Assembly (NCBI RefSeq): GCF_009914755.1
Contig: NC_060926.1
Length of the DNA stretch: 64,000 nucleotides
Direction: 5' to 3' (one strand)
DNA from: the human T2T-CHM13v2.0 reference genome, Homo sapiens
Position numbers and translations under genes: made by a program. Positions 40,315 to 51,774 of the stretch are shown here, piece after piece. The notes beneath the pieces were generated by a model, which saw nothing but the letters and a program-made list of their open reading frames with translations, did no database searches and was not told where the DNA came from. Each line of letters begins with the position of its first letter. Positions within the stretch are counted from its first letter, which is position 1.

Positions 40315-41084
40315 TTATCTCACTATGCATATTCCCACTAATCTTTTATAAATGGATTATATGGTGAATTATTTTCTATCACTCTGACTTTCCCTCTACA
40401 TCAGACTTCAGGGCTCTGCCCTTGTCAATAAAATAATTATATCAACAATTTTATTAAACCCTAGTGTATATGAATGTGCTTTAATTTTCTCCCCTAATTA
40501 CTTATTAATGAAAATTTCAGTTTCTTCCAATTCTTAATTATAAACCATGCTTATATATTTTGCTTATATACTGAAAACATTGCATAGCATGTTTTACTTT
40601 TAGAACTGTAAAACTGTATGAAAAAGGAGGACCCGTGGTATATTTTGATAGAAAGTGTATGAGCGTCCTCAGTTCCCCAGACTCTGGCCAGGACTTTATC
40701 ATGATTTATCATTCTTTAAAAATACTGTTGTGCACTATTTTAATGTATTTTATCCTCTGTTTTATGTTCTAAAGCGGGATTACATATGTCCATATTTTTA
40801 TCTATACTGATATCTGTAAAGTTTTTCCTTGCCCAGTTTTGATATAAAGGTTTGTTAGCATAATAAATGAGTTTAGGGTAGCTTTCTGTTCTTTTCTATA
40901 TTCTGGAACAATTTATATAAATAAGAATCATCTAGTTTTTAAAAGTTTGCTATAACTGGCACATAAACCAATGTAATCTATTTTATTTTTTATGTGTTCA
41001 TTGTGGTTGAATAGGAACACTATCATTTGTGGTGTACTAATGTTGTATCTGATTTTGTTATTCTTTTATCTTAAATATCAGTAG

Positions 41085-41388
41085 CTATCAATCATATATC
41101 AATTACCTATCATCTATTTTCTATCATCTGTCTTCTATCAATCATCTACCATGCATATATCATCTGTTTCTATCTACATATCCTCTATCATCTATCTATC
41201 TATCATCTATCTATCATCTCTCTCTCTCTCTCTATCATCTGTCTCTGTCTGTCTATATATTTACCTATTATCTATCATCTAGCTATCTTCATATATCAAT
41301 CATCTATCATCCATATATCATCACTCTTCTATCAATCATCTATCTCTGTCATCTATCATCTATCTATCACTTATCTATCTGTCTGTCT
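41085..41388. repeat. Degenerate (TCTA/TATC/ATC)n simple repeat
   Basis: Repeated CTATCATCTATCTATC with a (TC)n core. Confidence 0.9.
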
Positions 41389-41635
41389 TTTCAAATTTTT
41401 ACTTGCCTTTAAGTCACTTGCTCACTACTTGGCTGAGGAAAACAGGGTTTTTTGATTGAAATTTGCCCTGAGAGCCACATAATAAGATGATAATGTCACA
41501 AAAGAGAAGCAAATATCATTATTAAAAGAAAAAGAAATATATTTTGAAAGAATCAAAATGCCCACATTTTCACTTAAGCTTTTGTCTCTGCTTCTCTAGT
41601 TCAAAGGATGAGCATGTGGTATGTTGTCCAAAAAC

Positions 41636-41700
41636 AAATCTGCATTTTAACAAGGTCCCCAGGTGACTCCTGTGCAGACACTGGTGAGAGGTCTGCTCTG
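41636..41700. mobile_element. MER5-like fragment
   Basis: AATCTGCATTTTAACAAGGTCCCCAGGTGACTC is the MER5A signature. Confidence 0.65.
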
Positions 41701-42647
41701 AGGACCCACGTGAGGCTGGTCTGACCCCAGCCAGGTAGCGCTGACATGTGGCTGCTCAGAGTGCAAGACAGAGACACCCCCATGGTCACCTGCTGCATGG
41801 GCAGGTGTCCCTCCTGGAATCTGTTGCCTTTATTCTGAGCTTTCATCACATTTTCTCCTGGCAAGGTCCTTCTGAACCACCTGCGACTGACAAACTAAAC
41901 CCTCACCTCTCGGTCTGGTTGGTCTGGTGGAGTGCTGCTCTTTTCAGAGGCAGGGCTGCCCTTGAGGACTCACAGCCCTCTCATTAGTGGGCTCAATGAG
42001 GAAAGTGATTTTCACCATCTCAAATTATGCTCGGGGCAAACTCCAATTCAACAATCATGTGATTAAAATTTGCCTGGCCTTGTGTTTAGGACACACTCTA
42101 TCTCAGAACTGTATCAATTTTGGAACTGCTGCAATCCCTTGACCCAGGAAAATGTATCAGAGCCACAGGCATATGCAGGCCAGACATTTCCTCCATGGTC
42201 TCCATTACAATTTGGGAGAGGCTGGGGACGGAGGTAAGCTAGCCTGCTATCGGAGCGGAGGCGCCATCCTCATGTTGTTTTCTTACTCATGACCAGCTGG
42301 TAGCCTATAATTTGGTGCTCCCCTGGAGTGTTTTATTCAAACATATGTATAAGATATAAAATGTAGATGTTTTCCCAAGTAAGCTGCAAGGAGGTACTTA
42401 CATGCTCCTGGTTCTCCGGAACCTGAACCAGTCCTACCTCACACACACTTTAGTAAAACAGAAACTCCAGGCAGGAGAAGATTGAACTCTCCATTTTCCC
42501 TGCCTCGAGGGTCTTGTCTTGGGTCTAGGCTGCCATAGGAATGGAATGGAATTCTAATTGAGTATCTGTTTCCACCTCACTTGTTTCTTGGATAACTGTG
42601 ACAGACTTACAAAGTGTGTGTTCCTCCTTGGTGTCCCCAGTTTTTTC

Positions 42648-42895
42648 TTTAAAATGCTTTATTATTTAGAGCAGTTTTAGTCTAATAGCAAAATTGAGCA
42701 GAAGGTACAGAGATTTCCCATACCACAGCCTTCTCCATTATCAACATCCCAGCAGAGCGGTATATTTGTTACAACTGATGAGCCTGCATTGACACATTCT
42801 CATCACTGACGTCCATATTTTGCATCTGGGTTCACTGAGTGTTGCACATTCTACAGGTTTGGACAAATGTGTAATGACATGTATCCACTGATAAT
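42648..42895 (-). mobile_element. L1MC1-like 3' end
   Basis: TTTAGAGCAGTTTTAG...GCAAAATTGAGCAGAAGGTACAGAGATTTCCCATA...GGTTTGGACAAATGTGTAATGACATGTATCCAC. Confidence 0.8.
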
Positions 42896-43704
42896 TCATT
42901 CTTTTATATCTCTTTTTATATCTTTTGCACTTCTGGAAATTAGCATTCTTATAGCTTTTCCTATTCACCATATTAAAAGTCACCCTCAAAAAGTAGAGAT
43001 GGGTGGATGCTTTTCCACGGTAATGTTCTGCATTTTGTCATCCACGCACTTGTCCACATGCTTGGAGGGGCTGGAGCTGGGATGGTGTGAAGACGCCACT
43101 CAGGCTTCCTCTTCATCACTTCTCTCACCACCTCCCACCGAGCTCGGTGTGTCCTCAGGACCTAGCACTGCAGAGCTACCTGGGCAGAGCACTGCAGGTA
43201 GCTGCTTAACACCAGCCAGCGTTGCCATGTGAGAGTGGGTGCGCTGTTCCAATCGTGGGGGAAGCCCCTCTTGTCTACAATTCACATACATCATGCACTC
43301 CTCTGTCTCACTTTGGGAATGGTGTTCCGCTTCTGCCTGGAGAGTTCCAGTTTTTGTGGAAGTTGACATCACCTACCCAGACCTATGAAAGGGGGTGACA
43401 GAAGTGAGAGTAAACTGTGAGTGTCATGAATGAGGAACATAATTTCACTTTTAAAATTTACTCTGTATTTTGATGATTCCGACCCGCAATTCAAGAGTTC
43501 CGGGGTACACATTGTTGATGCCATGGGAGGAATCTGGAGGACAGATGAGGAGACCAATTCTCACCCCTCATCTCTGCTTACACAGTTTAAACAGAGATAA
43601 AATGGAAAGGGTGCCTTATCTGATGCCAAATTAAGATGCCAAAATTTGCATAGAAAAGATTCACTCTATTTTGTAAAGTAAGAGCTGTATCTGTATTATC
43701 TGTT

Positions 43705-44250
43705 AGAGATAACAAACTTTTTCAGTTCAAGCATCCCTGAATATCTCAGTAATTTTTCCCATGACATACCCCAAGCCAAAAGAAATGCCGGTTTCATGTA
43801 TCAAATTGTCAGGCCCAAATTACCTAATATATATGTGTGTCCTAACAACTGGAAATAGTTCACATACGTTGAAAATAGTTCACATACATTGAAAGAAAGT
43901 TATTTTTTAGTTTTATTCACACATGACCTCCCTTACTTAAGCATGGGTCTTGGGCCACCTGGGCAGATAGAACTCCATAAACCTTAACGTCACATGAGAT
44001 CCTGCACCTAGCTGGCTTTCCATGTCGATGTCCTGCCAGTGTTTGCTTTTTCTTTTTTCTTTTTTTTTTTTTTTAAATCATGGCAACTGTGAAAACCCCA
44101 GCTTTACAAAGAAATGATGCTGTCAAAAGGAAGTTAATAAAATCGATGCTGAACTCTGAACTGCTTTGAACAAGTCATTCACCTGCTATCTGACAGTTGT
44201 CAACTGTCTCTGAGAGTCCCTTGAAAATGTAAAACACCTTTAGTGCCCCT
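43705..44250. mobile_element. hAT-Charlie DNA transposon relic (Charlie4a-like)
   Basis: TCTCAGTAATTTTTCCCATG...AGCCAAAAGAAAT...TGTCCTAACAACT...GAAAACCCCAGCTTTACAAAG. Confidence 0.6.
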
Positions 44251-46673
44251 ATAAACGAATTTATAGGTAAACCCCTATAAATTTTTAAATTTATTTAAAA
44301 TTGTTTATAGGTAAATCCCTATAAGTTTACCCTATAAACTTAACCATAGTCATAGTTAATAAAAGTACAATGATATACACCATGTGCCGTGCTGTTGGTA
44401 ATGCTATTTTTTGTTGTTCTGAGGTTAAGTGTGGGGTCTTCCGTTACTGTGAGTGACAGGGTGGTTTCTCATCTGATCTGGTCCTGTAGTTTCTAGAGCT
44501 TTTATATTTCCTGTTTGTTTGATGAATTTTTGAGAGTCTCACAACATTTTTTTGCCTCATAGCATTCTGCTCTGTGATGTCACTTCATTCAATAAAATTA
44601 TTTTTCTCATCTTCTACTTATAAATGTTCTCAATATTTACTTCATCTCCATCATTGTTATTTTTAAGAAGGAGTATCTTTTTTCTTAGAAATCTTTCTTC
44701 AGAAGTCATTGGTTGACTCAATACTACCATTTAATTTACTAATTACATGAAGATTACTCTTTCTTTTAGGACCCTAGTGCTCTATCTATTATAGATAAGA
44801 AGATTTTTTAATGCTAAATCTTGATAGAGGAAAAGAAAGTTGATTTTTGAGGATAGCACTAAAAACTGCTCCTCCATTGGGTAGAACAACAGGCATTTCC
44901 TACGTGGCTCTGTTAACTTATGTCCCCTTCTCTCTGCCCAGCTGCAGAAGCATGTGAGTGTTACTCTTCATTTCTTTCATGCCTCGTGTCCTGTGGGTTA
45001 GTCGATGTTTTCCCCTTGCATAATCAAAGCTTGTACACTACTCATAATAGAATTCTCTGCTATGTTAATATGGCAGTATTATTCACTTGGTAAAACTATC
45101 ATAGTTAAATTTTAATGAGCACTATTCCTTGAAGGGCTTATGTGCACTGTTAGTTCTTGCTTCTCATCAAAGCAAGCTCTGAAATATGCCCGTGCAGTTG
45201 AACCACAGGCCAGGGATAGCAGATCTACGCACAAAGTGCTCTACACCACAAGTCCCTCATTTTTTTAAAGAGAAATGAAGACATGCTTCTATCAAACTCT
45301 AGCGATGGCACTTAAATAGATGAAAGAATACACGTGACATAGTTTTGGAAAGGGCGTATGTAAATAAAGTAGAAGTAAAACATATTTCTAGCAACCTTAA
45401 TTCTAAAGGCTACTCTATTTGTCATTTTCTGACAATGGCTCACTGAGAAGGAACCTTTCTGTTGGGGTGAAAATGGTCCAGTGGAATTCACTTTCCGGAG
45501 TGTCTACCACTGGCTAGAAGCAGCCCGGAGCCTTCGGCCCACCTATGCTCTTCATCTGGAGGGCAGAAGGTGGGTACTGTAGCATCTGTCTCTAAGCCCC
45601 AAACAGACTCCCTTACTTCCCCAGTTTAGTCAAGTAATCCATTAGCTTGAATATCAAACATTTCATTAAATATTTCAGTGCTCTTCTAAACTATATAAAA
45701 GGTTTGGATGAACTAGGTTTGAAAAATCATAATGGCGTACCCACTCACCAACACCACTTAAAAGCATCTGCTTATCCATCTTGTCCTCCTAATGCTATCA
45801 CAACCTTCCTCATTGAGCAAGAAGCCATTTCTGAGCTGCAAATACCTTTCAGTTTGTTTCTGGGGCTTCTGCATTATCTATCTAACTGAGATAACATTTA
45901 GTATGTATAACTTATACACTATTTAAATACTTATTTATTGCTTTATCAGTGTTTTGATTTGTTATTCTATGGTAAACAAATGAGGCATAGATATCACAAA
46001 GGTTTCATGTTATTGATCCCCTGACCTGAATTTTTGCATCTGTGTGTTTGTTCTTCTCACAAGAACATAGCTCTTACTCCTTAGAGCAGCAAGCAGAGAA
46101 GATTAGGGTGACTTGCGCTGACTTCATGTGAAGCCTGGAGGAATCAATGACACAAAGGAAAGTGAGTGTGAGCATGACGTCAAGTCAGACCATCATTCCT
46201 GCATTTTTGCTGGAAACAGCTGTGTCCGGGTGGCCAAGGAACACCAGAGTGGGTTGGCCATTAGTCTCTTTGGTAGTTTGCCAAATCATACACTCCAGAA
46301 TTAAGTGACTTCAATGCTGATACTCTGAAAGGCCTTGGAGTCATATTTTTATGGAATAGCATTACTATATTTTAAGCATTCTCTACTTCCATAGCAATGC
46401 TTCTGCAGATGCTGTATGAGAACAGGTGTACACACATCAGAACATTTTCTCCCAAACCATGCTATTGCTTAGAGATAGTCTCATGTTAAGATACCGAGGC
46501 CCAAATTATGGTGCTGGTTCCTTCAAAGAACAGAGTAACAACCATATATATAGCACATTCTATAGCATTTTAGGTTCACCTCTGAAACAAATTCACATAC
46601 AAAAATAAACAAGTAGCTTTGCCAGGAAAGAAAGGTCTTTCCTGCTTTGAAAAACAAGTGATGAATCTGTACT

Positions 46674-47017
46674 TGCTATAGACTAAATGTGTCCCCCAAA
46701 TTTATATGTTGAAATCCTAACTCCCATTGGGATGGTGTTAGGAGGTGGGACCTTTGAGGAGTGATGAGGGTGGAGCCCCCACGACAGGATAAGTGACCTT
46801 AAAAATAGGCCCCAGAGAACTTCCTTGTCCCTTCCACCATGTGAGGACACAGAGAATGCATGCTGTCTGTGAACCAGGAAGCAGCCCTTGTCAGACATTC
46901 AATCTCCCAGCACCTTGATCTTGGACCTCCAGCCTCCAGATGTGTGAGAACTAAGTGTTTGCTGTTTAAGACAAGTTGATGATATTTTTGTTATAGCAGC
47001 CCAAACTAACTAAGATA
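46674..47017 (+). mobile_element. MLT1A-type solo LTR
   Basis: TGCTATAGACTAAATGTGTCCCCCAAATTTATATGTTGAAATCCTAA...CACCTTGATCTTGGACCTCCAGCCTCCAG...TTGTTATAGCAGCCCAAACTAACTAAGATA. Confidence 0.88.
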
Positions 47018-47639
47018 GTGCCTTGTAAGATACAGAATTGGTATTAAAAATTAAAACTGGGTCCCAAATTATATGAACAAAAAAAAGTTACAAAAGAATC
47101 TATTCAGTAAAATTCTGTTTTTAATTATGAAATGCATATTTGTAGGTATATGTGTGTGGGTATAAAAAATCATTATCTCTAGATGGATATGGTTATAGCT
47201 TTTTATGTTAGCTATTATTTTTCATTTTTGTAAAATGAAGATATGCAACATTTGCAATAGGAGAAAAAAGTCAGTAACTAGCTACGTAGGTATAATTGGT
47301 CATACTGATTCTGGCTTTGTGAAACACTTCCGTGATAGAAAGTGGCACTGACTTTTTTAAGAAGGATTTTCTGAAGTTTATACAAGGTTGATGTTTAATT
47401 GGGATGTGGTTAAATGAAGAGTTTATTAGGCAAATAGGCAAGGGGCTTAAAATAATCTAACTGTGTCCTATAGCTGTATGACGTTGGGAAAAGCATTTAT
47501 CCTAGGGAGAAATGACACCTTGTCTCAATATTTTGCGTGTCTTAATCCATACATCCTAATTCTAACATCACACATCCATTCAGGACAGTACTCAAATTTG
47601 GTCTGTACAGGTGTCTTGTGTTTATAAATAAGCAGAGTT

Positions 47640-49000
47640 TCTCAAGTTATAAATGGGCACACCTTTAGACTGTGCATACTATGTAGGGTTGGAAAAGCTA
47701 CCAGATGGCTTCATTCTAATGGGGGCTTGGCTTATGCACCAATGGATACTTAATGTGTTAATGAGAGGGGCACCAGCTCTCCTTTTTAAGACTGGGTTGA
47801 TGGTTGGTCATAGAACTGGGCTCCATCATAGCAAAGAGGATGGCAGGACTTCAGAACATTAATGGTCAGTTGGCAACACTTAATAATTACAGGCCTTGCA
47901 TGTACTTTTATAATAAGTAGCAAGGTCAGAATGACAGCATGGAAGTCCTGAGGGGCACAGAGTTATGAAGATGGTTAATAGAACATGGCATTGTTGGAGA
48001 CAAAATAGTGGGTCAGTGAAGAAGAACTCCACCGAAGTTCTTTAATGAAGTGAGATCAAGGGTGGATGACTAGGAAGATAAAGGCATTCTTCTAAAACAA
48101 ACTCATAATCCTGTGTCCAGCTTCTGGACCTCAGTGGAATTTCAGGCCCAACCTCTTTCATCTGAGGGAGAGACCTGATCCCCAGGAGAGAGGACCCTGT
48201 AAGACTAAATGCTAACAACAAGTATACATGGCAGTTCTTCCCCAGAGCCTCCCCAGAGAAATCTGTAGCCATGCCCTGGGGCAGCCATACATTGTGGAGC
48301 GGGAGCTACCCAGCATTTGGATGACTGTTGTGCACAGAATGGAATTTAACTTTGACACTCTGACCTGAAGTGTCATCACGGGTCACCTTTACAATGGGTG
48401 CCTAAGGACCTGGGTAATGAGTGGAGTCCTGTCCAGTTACAGCTCGCGGTGTAACTTGTCCTTGTCCCTGAATGTATAATAGCAATGGGAATATTGATGG
48501 TTGACACATGTGCCACAGGTCTTTGGCTTCTGGAGTAAGTTATCAGAGTGAGGTCAGTAAAGTTGTAGATACTAAAGCTGTGCCCACTGCCTGCTCCCAC
48601 ACCAGTCACACAGTAAATTAAAACTCACATTCCATTCTGGGGAAAATGGCAGGAAAGAATCCCTTGCTTAAAGACCAACATGATGCTGATGGTGAACTTC
48701 ATGTCTGCATTTAATTTTCTAGTGTAGCTCCTCAAAAATCTGGGCAGAACTTAGAAGATACCAGAAGACTATGGCAAGCTCAACCAAGTAAGCCCAACTT
48801 CAACTGCTGTGCTGGATATGGTGTCCTGATTGGAGCAGATGAGCACAGCCTCAGATACGTGATAAGCAGCCATCAATGATCTAGTGGTGCTCTTTCCCAT
48901 CCTTATCCAAAGGGAAGATCAGAAATATTCATAGTTGTTTGGAGCAGAAAACTGTGTATATTTAATGGTTTTTCCCTAAGGCAAGCTAACTCTTCAATTC
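47640..49000 (+). mobile_element. Decayed ERVL (HERV16/ERV3-16A3-like) internal region: gag-pro-5' RT
   Basis: GATGGTTAATAGAACATGGC (gag WLIEHG-like); GACTATGGCAAGCTCAACCAAGTA...GCTGTGCTGGATATGGTG...GAGCAGAT (RT DYxKLNQV..AVxDxV..EQ-like); many stops and frameshifts. Confidence 0.7.
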
Positions 49001-49347
49001 TCATATAAAAATATCTGCTTTGTTCTTTATGATTCATTACAATAATTTCATTTTTTACCTAAAATTTTACTACAACCATTAGCCAAAAACACTAGTCTGA
49101 GCCATCTGTAATACCATGGACTTTTGAAAGAACATGGTGTGTCCTACATGGTCCTTGGAGGGAATGTTGGCATTGCAGTACACTTCTTGAAAGGATTCCT
49201 TTCTTTTGGCATAAAAGATTCTAAGCACCTTTCCTGGCTACCTACAGCTTCTGCCACCACCATAAGCGACAATATTCTCTTGTAAGTTCTCTGACCCCTG
49301 TGGGTAAATGACCACTATAGGCACAGACCAAGGAGAGCTTCCAATGA

Positions 49348-49685
49348 TGTCACAGTTTGGATTCCACAGGAAGTAAATTCTAAGGAGCAGGGTTGGGCAG
49401 AGAAGCTGAGGTGCAACACAGGCTCTGCAAAGACTGAGATGACCAAGCTTAGAAGCTGGAGGACCCTTCAGAGACTCCTCAGGTTGGGGTGAGTGGGTCA
49501 AGAATTTAGATCTCCAAATAGATCAGGAATTGTCAGCAAGTGGCCCCAGAAAGTCGAGAGTAAAACATTGCTCTTCAGGGAGGCATTCCTAGAGAGGATC
49601 ACTTTGGGAAGGGTATCTGACAGCAACACTCCCAGGGCAGGGGACACATTTCCGAAGGCGGACCTGGACAGTGTCCACCATTGCT
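49348..49685 (-). mobile_element. LTR16A-like ERVL LTR
   Basis: TGTCACAGTTTGGATTCCACAGGAAG...GAGCAGGGTTGGGCAGAGAAGCTG...AGCTGGAGGACCCTTCAGAG...CAACACTCCCAG...ACAGTGTCCAC resemble LTR16A antisense. Confidence 0.6.
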
Positions 49686-50400
49686 TAGATCTGCTTTTAC
49701 AGAAACATTCTGGGAGCAGTGCCTCTAGGGCCTCAAGGGGGACTCCTTTCCTGGAGGAGCTTAGAAGAGGAAGATTAGATGAGTTATAGCTCTTGCAACT
49801 GCAGCTGACCTAGAAGTCACACATGACGCTTAGCATCTCTGGCTTCCACTCTTCATCCTGGATTCCCATCACCCTCATAGCACCTTTGCTAGTCTAGATG
49901 TCTTTCGTGGTGAAAAGAAATATACCCAGTTGCCTTGTCCTCCTCAACAAGGTGTCTGTGCTAGTCCATTGGCTGTCAAAATTGGGCAAGCGAGTAGGAA
50001 GATGTATTCAAGCAGGTGAAATGGATGCCCAAAACATTCTTCTCTACTCCCATTGCTCAGCAGCAGGCTGTCTTCCTGATGACCAAGGTCTAGATGCCTG
50101 CTAGGATGGTGGCTTCTCTTCATAACCTCTTGTCCCTTGGCATCAGAAACCTACAATGCCCAGGTAGCAGTAGTGGCTTATAGTTCAATGTGACCCTTGG
50201 GGTATTCCTGGTGGAAGCAGAATATCAAAACCTATAGAACCTAGAGTTGCAAGGATGAGAAACACAAATGACCCAAGCAGGTCATAGGAAGTCTTGGAAA
50301 GTGGGGCCACTCTTCTTTTTAGTTTGTTTCCTGGACACGTTGATTGTGACCATTGAGACCCAAATGCCATATAAAGTTGGTTGATTTAGTGGATACCCTG

Positions 50401-50572
50401 CAGGCCGGTTTCAGGGTTTGAGACCTGAGCTGACCTAAGGTTCCGTGCTTAGAAAAGCCTATACTTGCTTTAGTGCTCTGGTGTCATCCTCTTGGAATTC
50501 TTAATAATTTTGAACAAAGGATCCCATATTTTTATTTTGCACTGGGCTCCACAAATTAAGTATGAAATCCTG
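50401..50572 (+). mobile_element. MER91A-like (hAT-Tip100) MITE
   Basis: CAGG...CCTG termini; GAATTCTTAATAATTTTGAACAAAGG...TTTTGCACTGGGCTCCACAAATTA. Confidence 0.7.
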
Positions 50573-51183
50573 AGAGCATTGATTCCTGGAGCCTGGAACT
50601 CCATCTCTATAATGCCACCTTTGAACTGATACTTCAGCTGTGCTTTCAATAAGCTGTTCTGTCACACTCTCAAAACAATGGCAATGGGGCTGTGGCACAA
50701 AATGGAGCCAGTAGATCACATGCTGGTACCCATTTTCACACTTCTTTCACTATAAACATGGATCCTTTGGTCTGGATATTTTTATATGTAATCCTAAGCC
50801 AGTTAATCAAATGTTCAATTAGCCTTCAGATCATAGTCACAACTACAGCCATAGAGGGCAGGGAAACAAACCAAGAGAACATTTGTCTACTTCAAGTAAA
50901 ATTATTGATGGCTCTTTCAGGGTAGAAGGCATTCATTGTAGTCCAAAAAGTGATTGGTTGATCATCTCAAGTCATGGCATTCTATTGGATGCTGAATGCT
51001 AGTCTTGGTGGTTGACATGCTGGACAGTTCTAACTAGAGCAGTCCTGGTAAGGGAGAGCCCATTCTTTCAGGCTTATGCATAGCCTTCATTGCTGCTACC
51101 ATGATTTCTCCACTCATAAATATAATATTCAACACTAGTGTAGCTGATGATAAAGGCTGGCTGATGTCACCTGGCCAGGTCAT

Positions 51184-51558
51184 ATTGTGGTATATATATG
51201 CCATGGAATACTACTCAGCCATAGAAAGGAATGAAATAATGGCATTGATAGCACCTGGATGGAATAGGAGACCATTATTGTAAGTGAAGTAACTCAGGAA
51301 TGGAAAACCAAACAGTGGATATTCTCACTCATAAGTGGGAGCTAAGATATGAGGATGCAAAGGCATAAGAATGATACAATGAATTTTGGGGACTCAGGGG
51401 AAAGGGTGGGAGGGGTATGAGGGATAAAAGACTACATATTGGGTACAGTGTACACTGCTCAGGTGATGGGTGCACCAAAATCTCAGAAATCACCACTAGA
51501 TAATTTATGTAGTCAAACACAACCTGTTTCCCCCAAAAACCTATTGAAATTTTTAAAA
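51184..51558 (+). mobile_element. L1PB-type 3' end
   Basis: CATGGAATACTACTCAGCCATA...GGCATAAGAATGATACAATG...GGGTGCACCAAAATCTCAGAAATCACCACTA...CCCCAAAAACCTATTGAAAT. Confidence 0.88.
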
Positions 51559-51774
51559 GTTTATGAAAACTGAGGCACCATGTTGTACTTTGCTGATAGT
51601 GCACAGCTATCAAGGTACACATCAAATTTTCTGATTTTGGATTGAGTGTTTCTCACTACAGTATTCCTTATGTCTCCTGGTAGTATTGATTTTAGGATGC
51701 TTGGTGGCATAAATAATATTTTTGTTTTTTAAATTTTAATTTAAAATTAAAATTAAAAAATCATATGTATATAT

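Larger units (their letters stand above)
49690..51700 (-). mobile_element. Decayed ERVL internal region, 3' pol (RNase H/integrase/dUTPase side), interrupted by MER91 and L1PB
   Basis: CTGCAGCTGACC...GGATTCCCATCACCCTC, CCCAGGTAGCAGTAG and GATCCTTTGGTCTG resemble antisense ERVL 3' internal sequence. Confidence 0.6.

Noticed and set aside
43851-43895. 20-bp tandem duplication GAAA(A)TAGTTCACATAC(G/A)TT
   Set aside because: Ordinary slippage duplication inside a DNA transposon relic.
47653-49789. Possible domesticated retroviral gene
   Set aside because: The ERVL region is riddled with stops and frameshifts; no ORF reaches 100 aa or keeps intact catalytic motifs.
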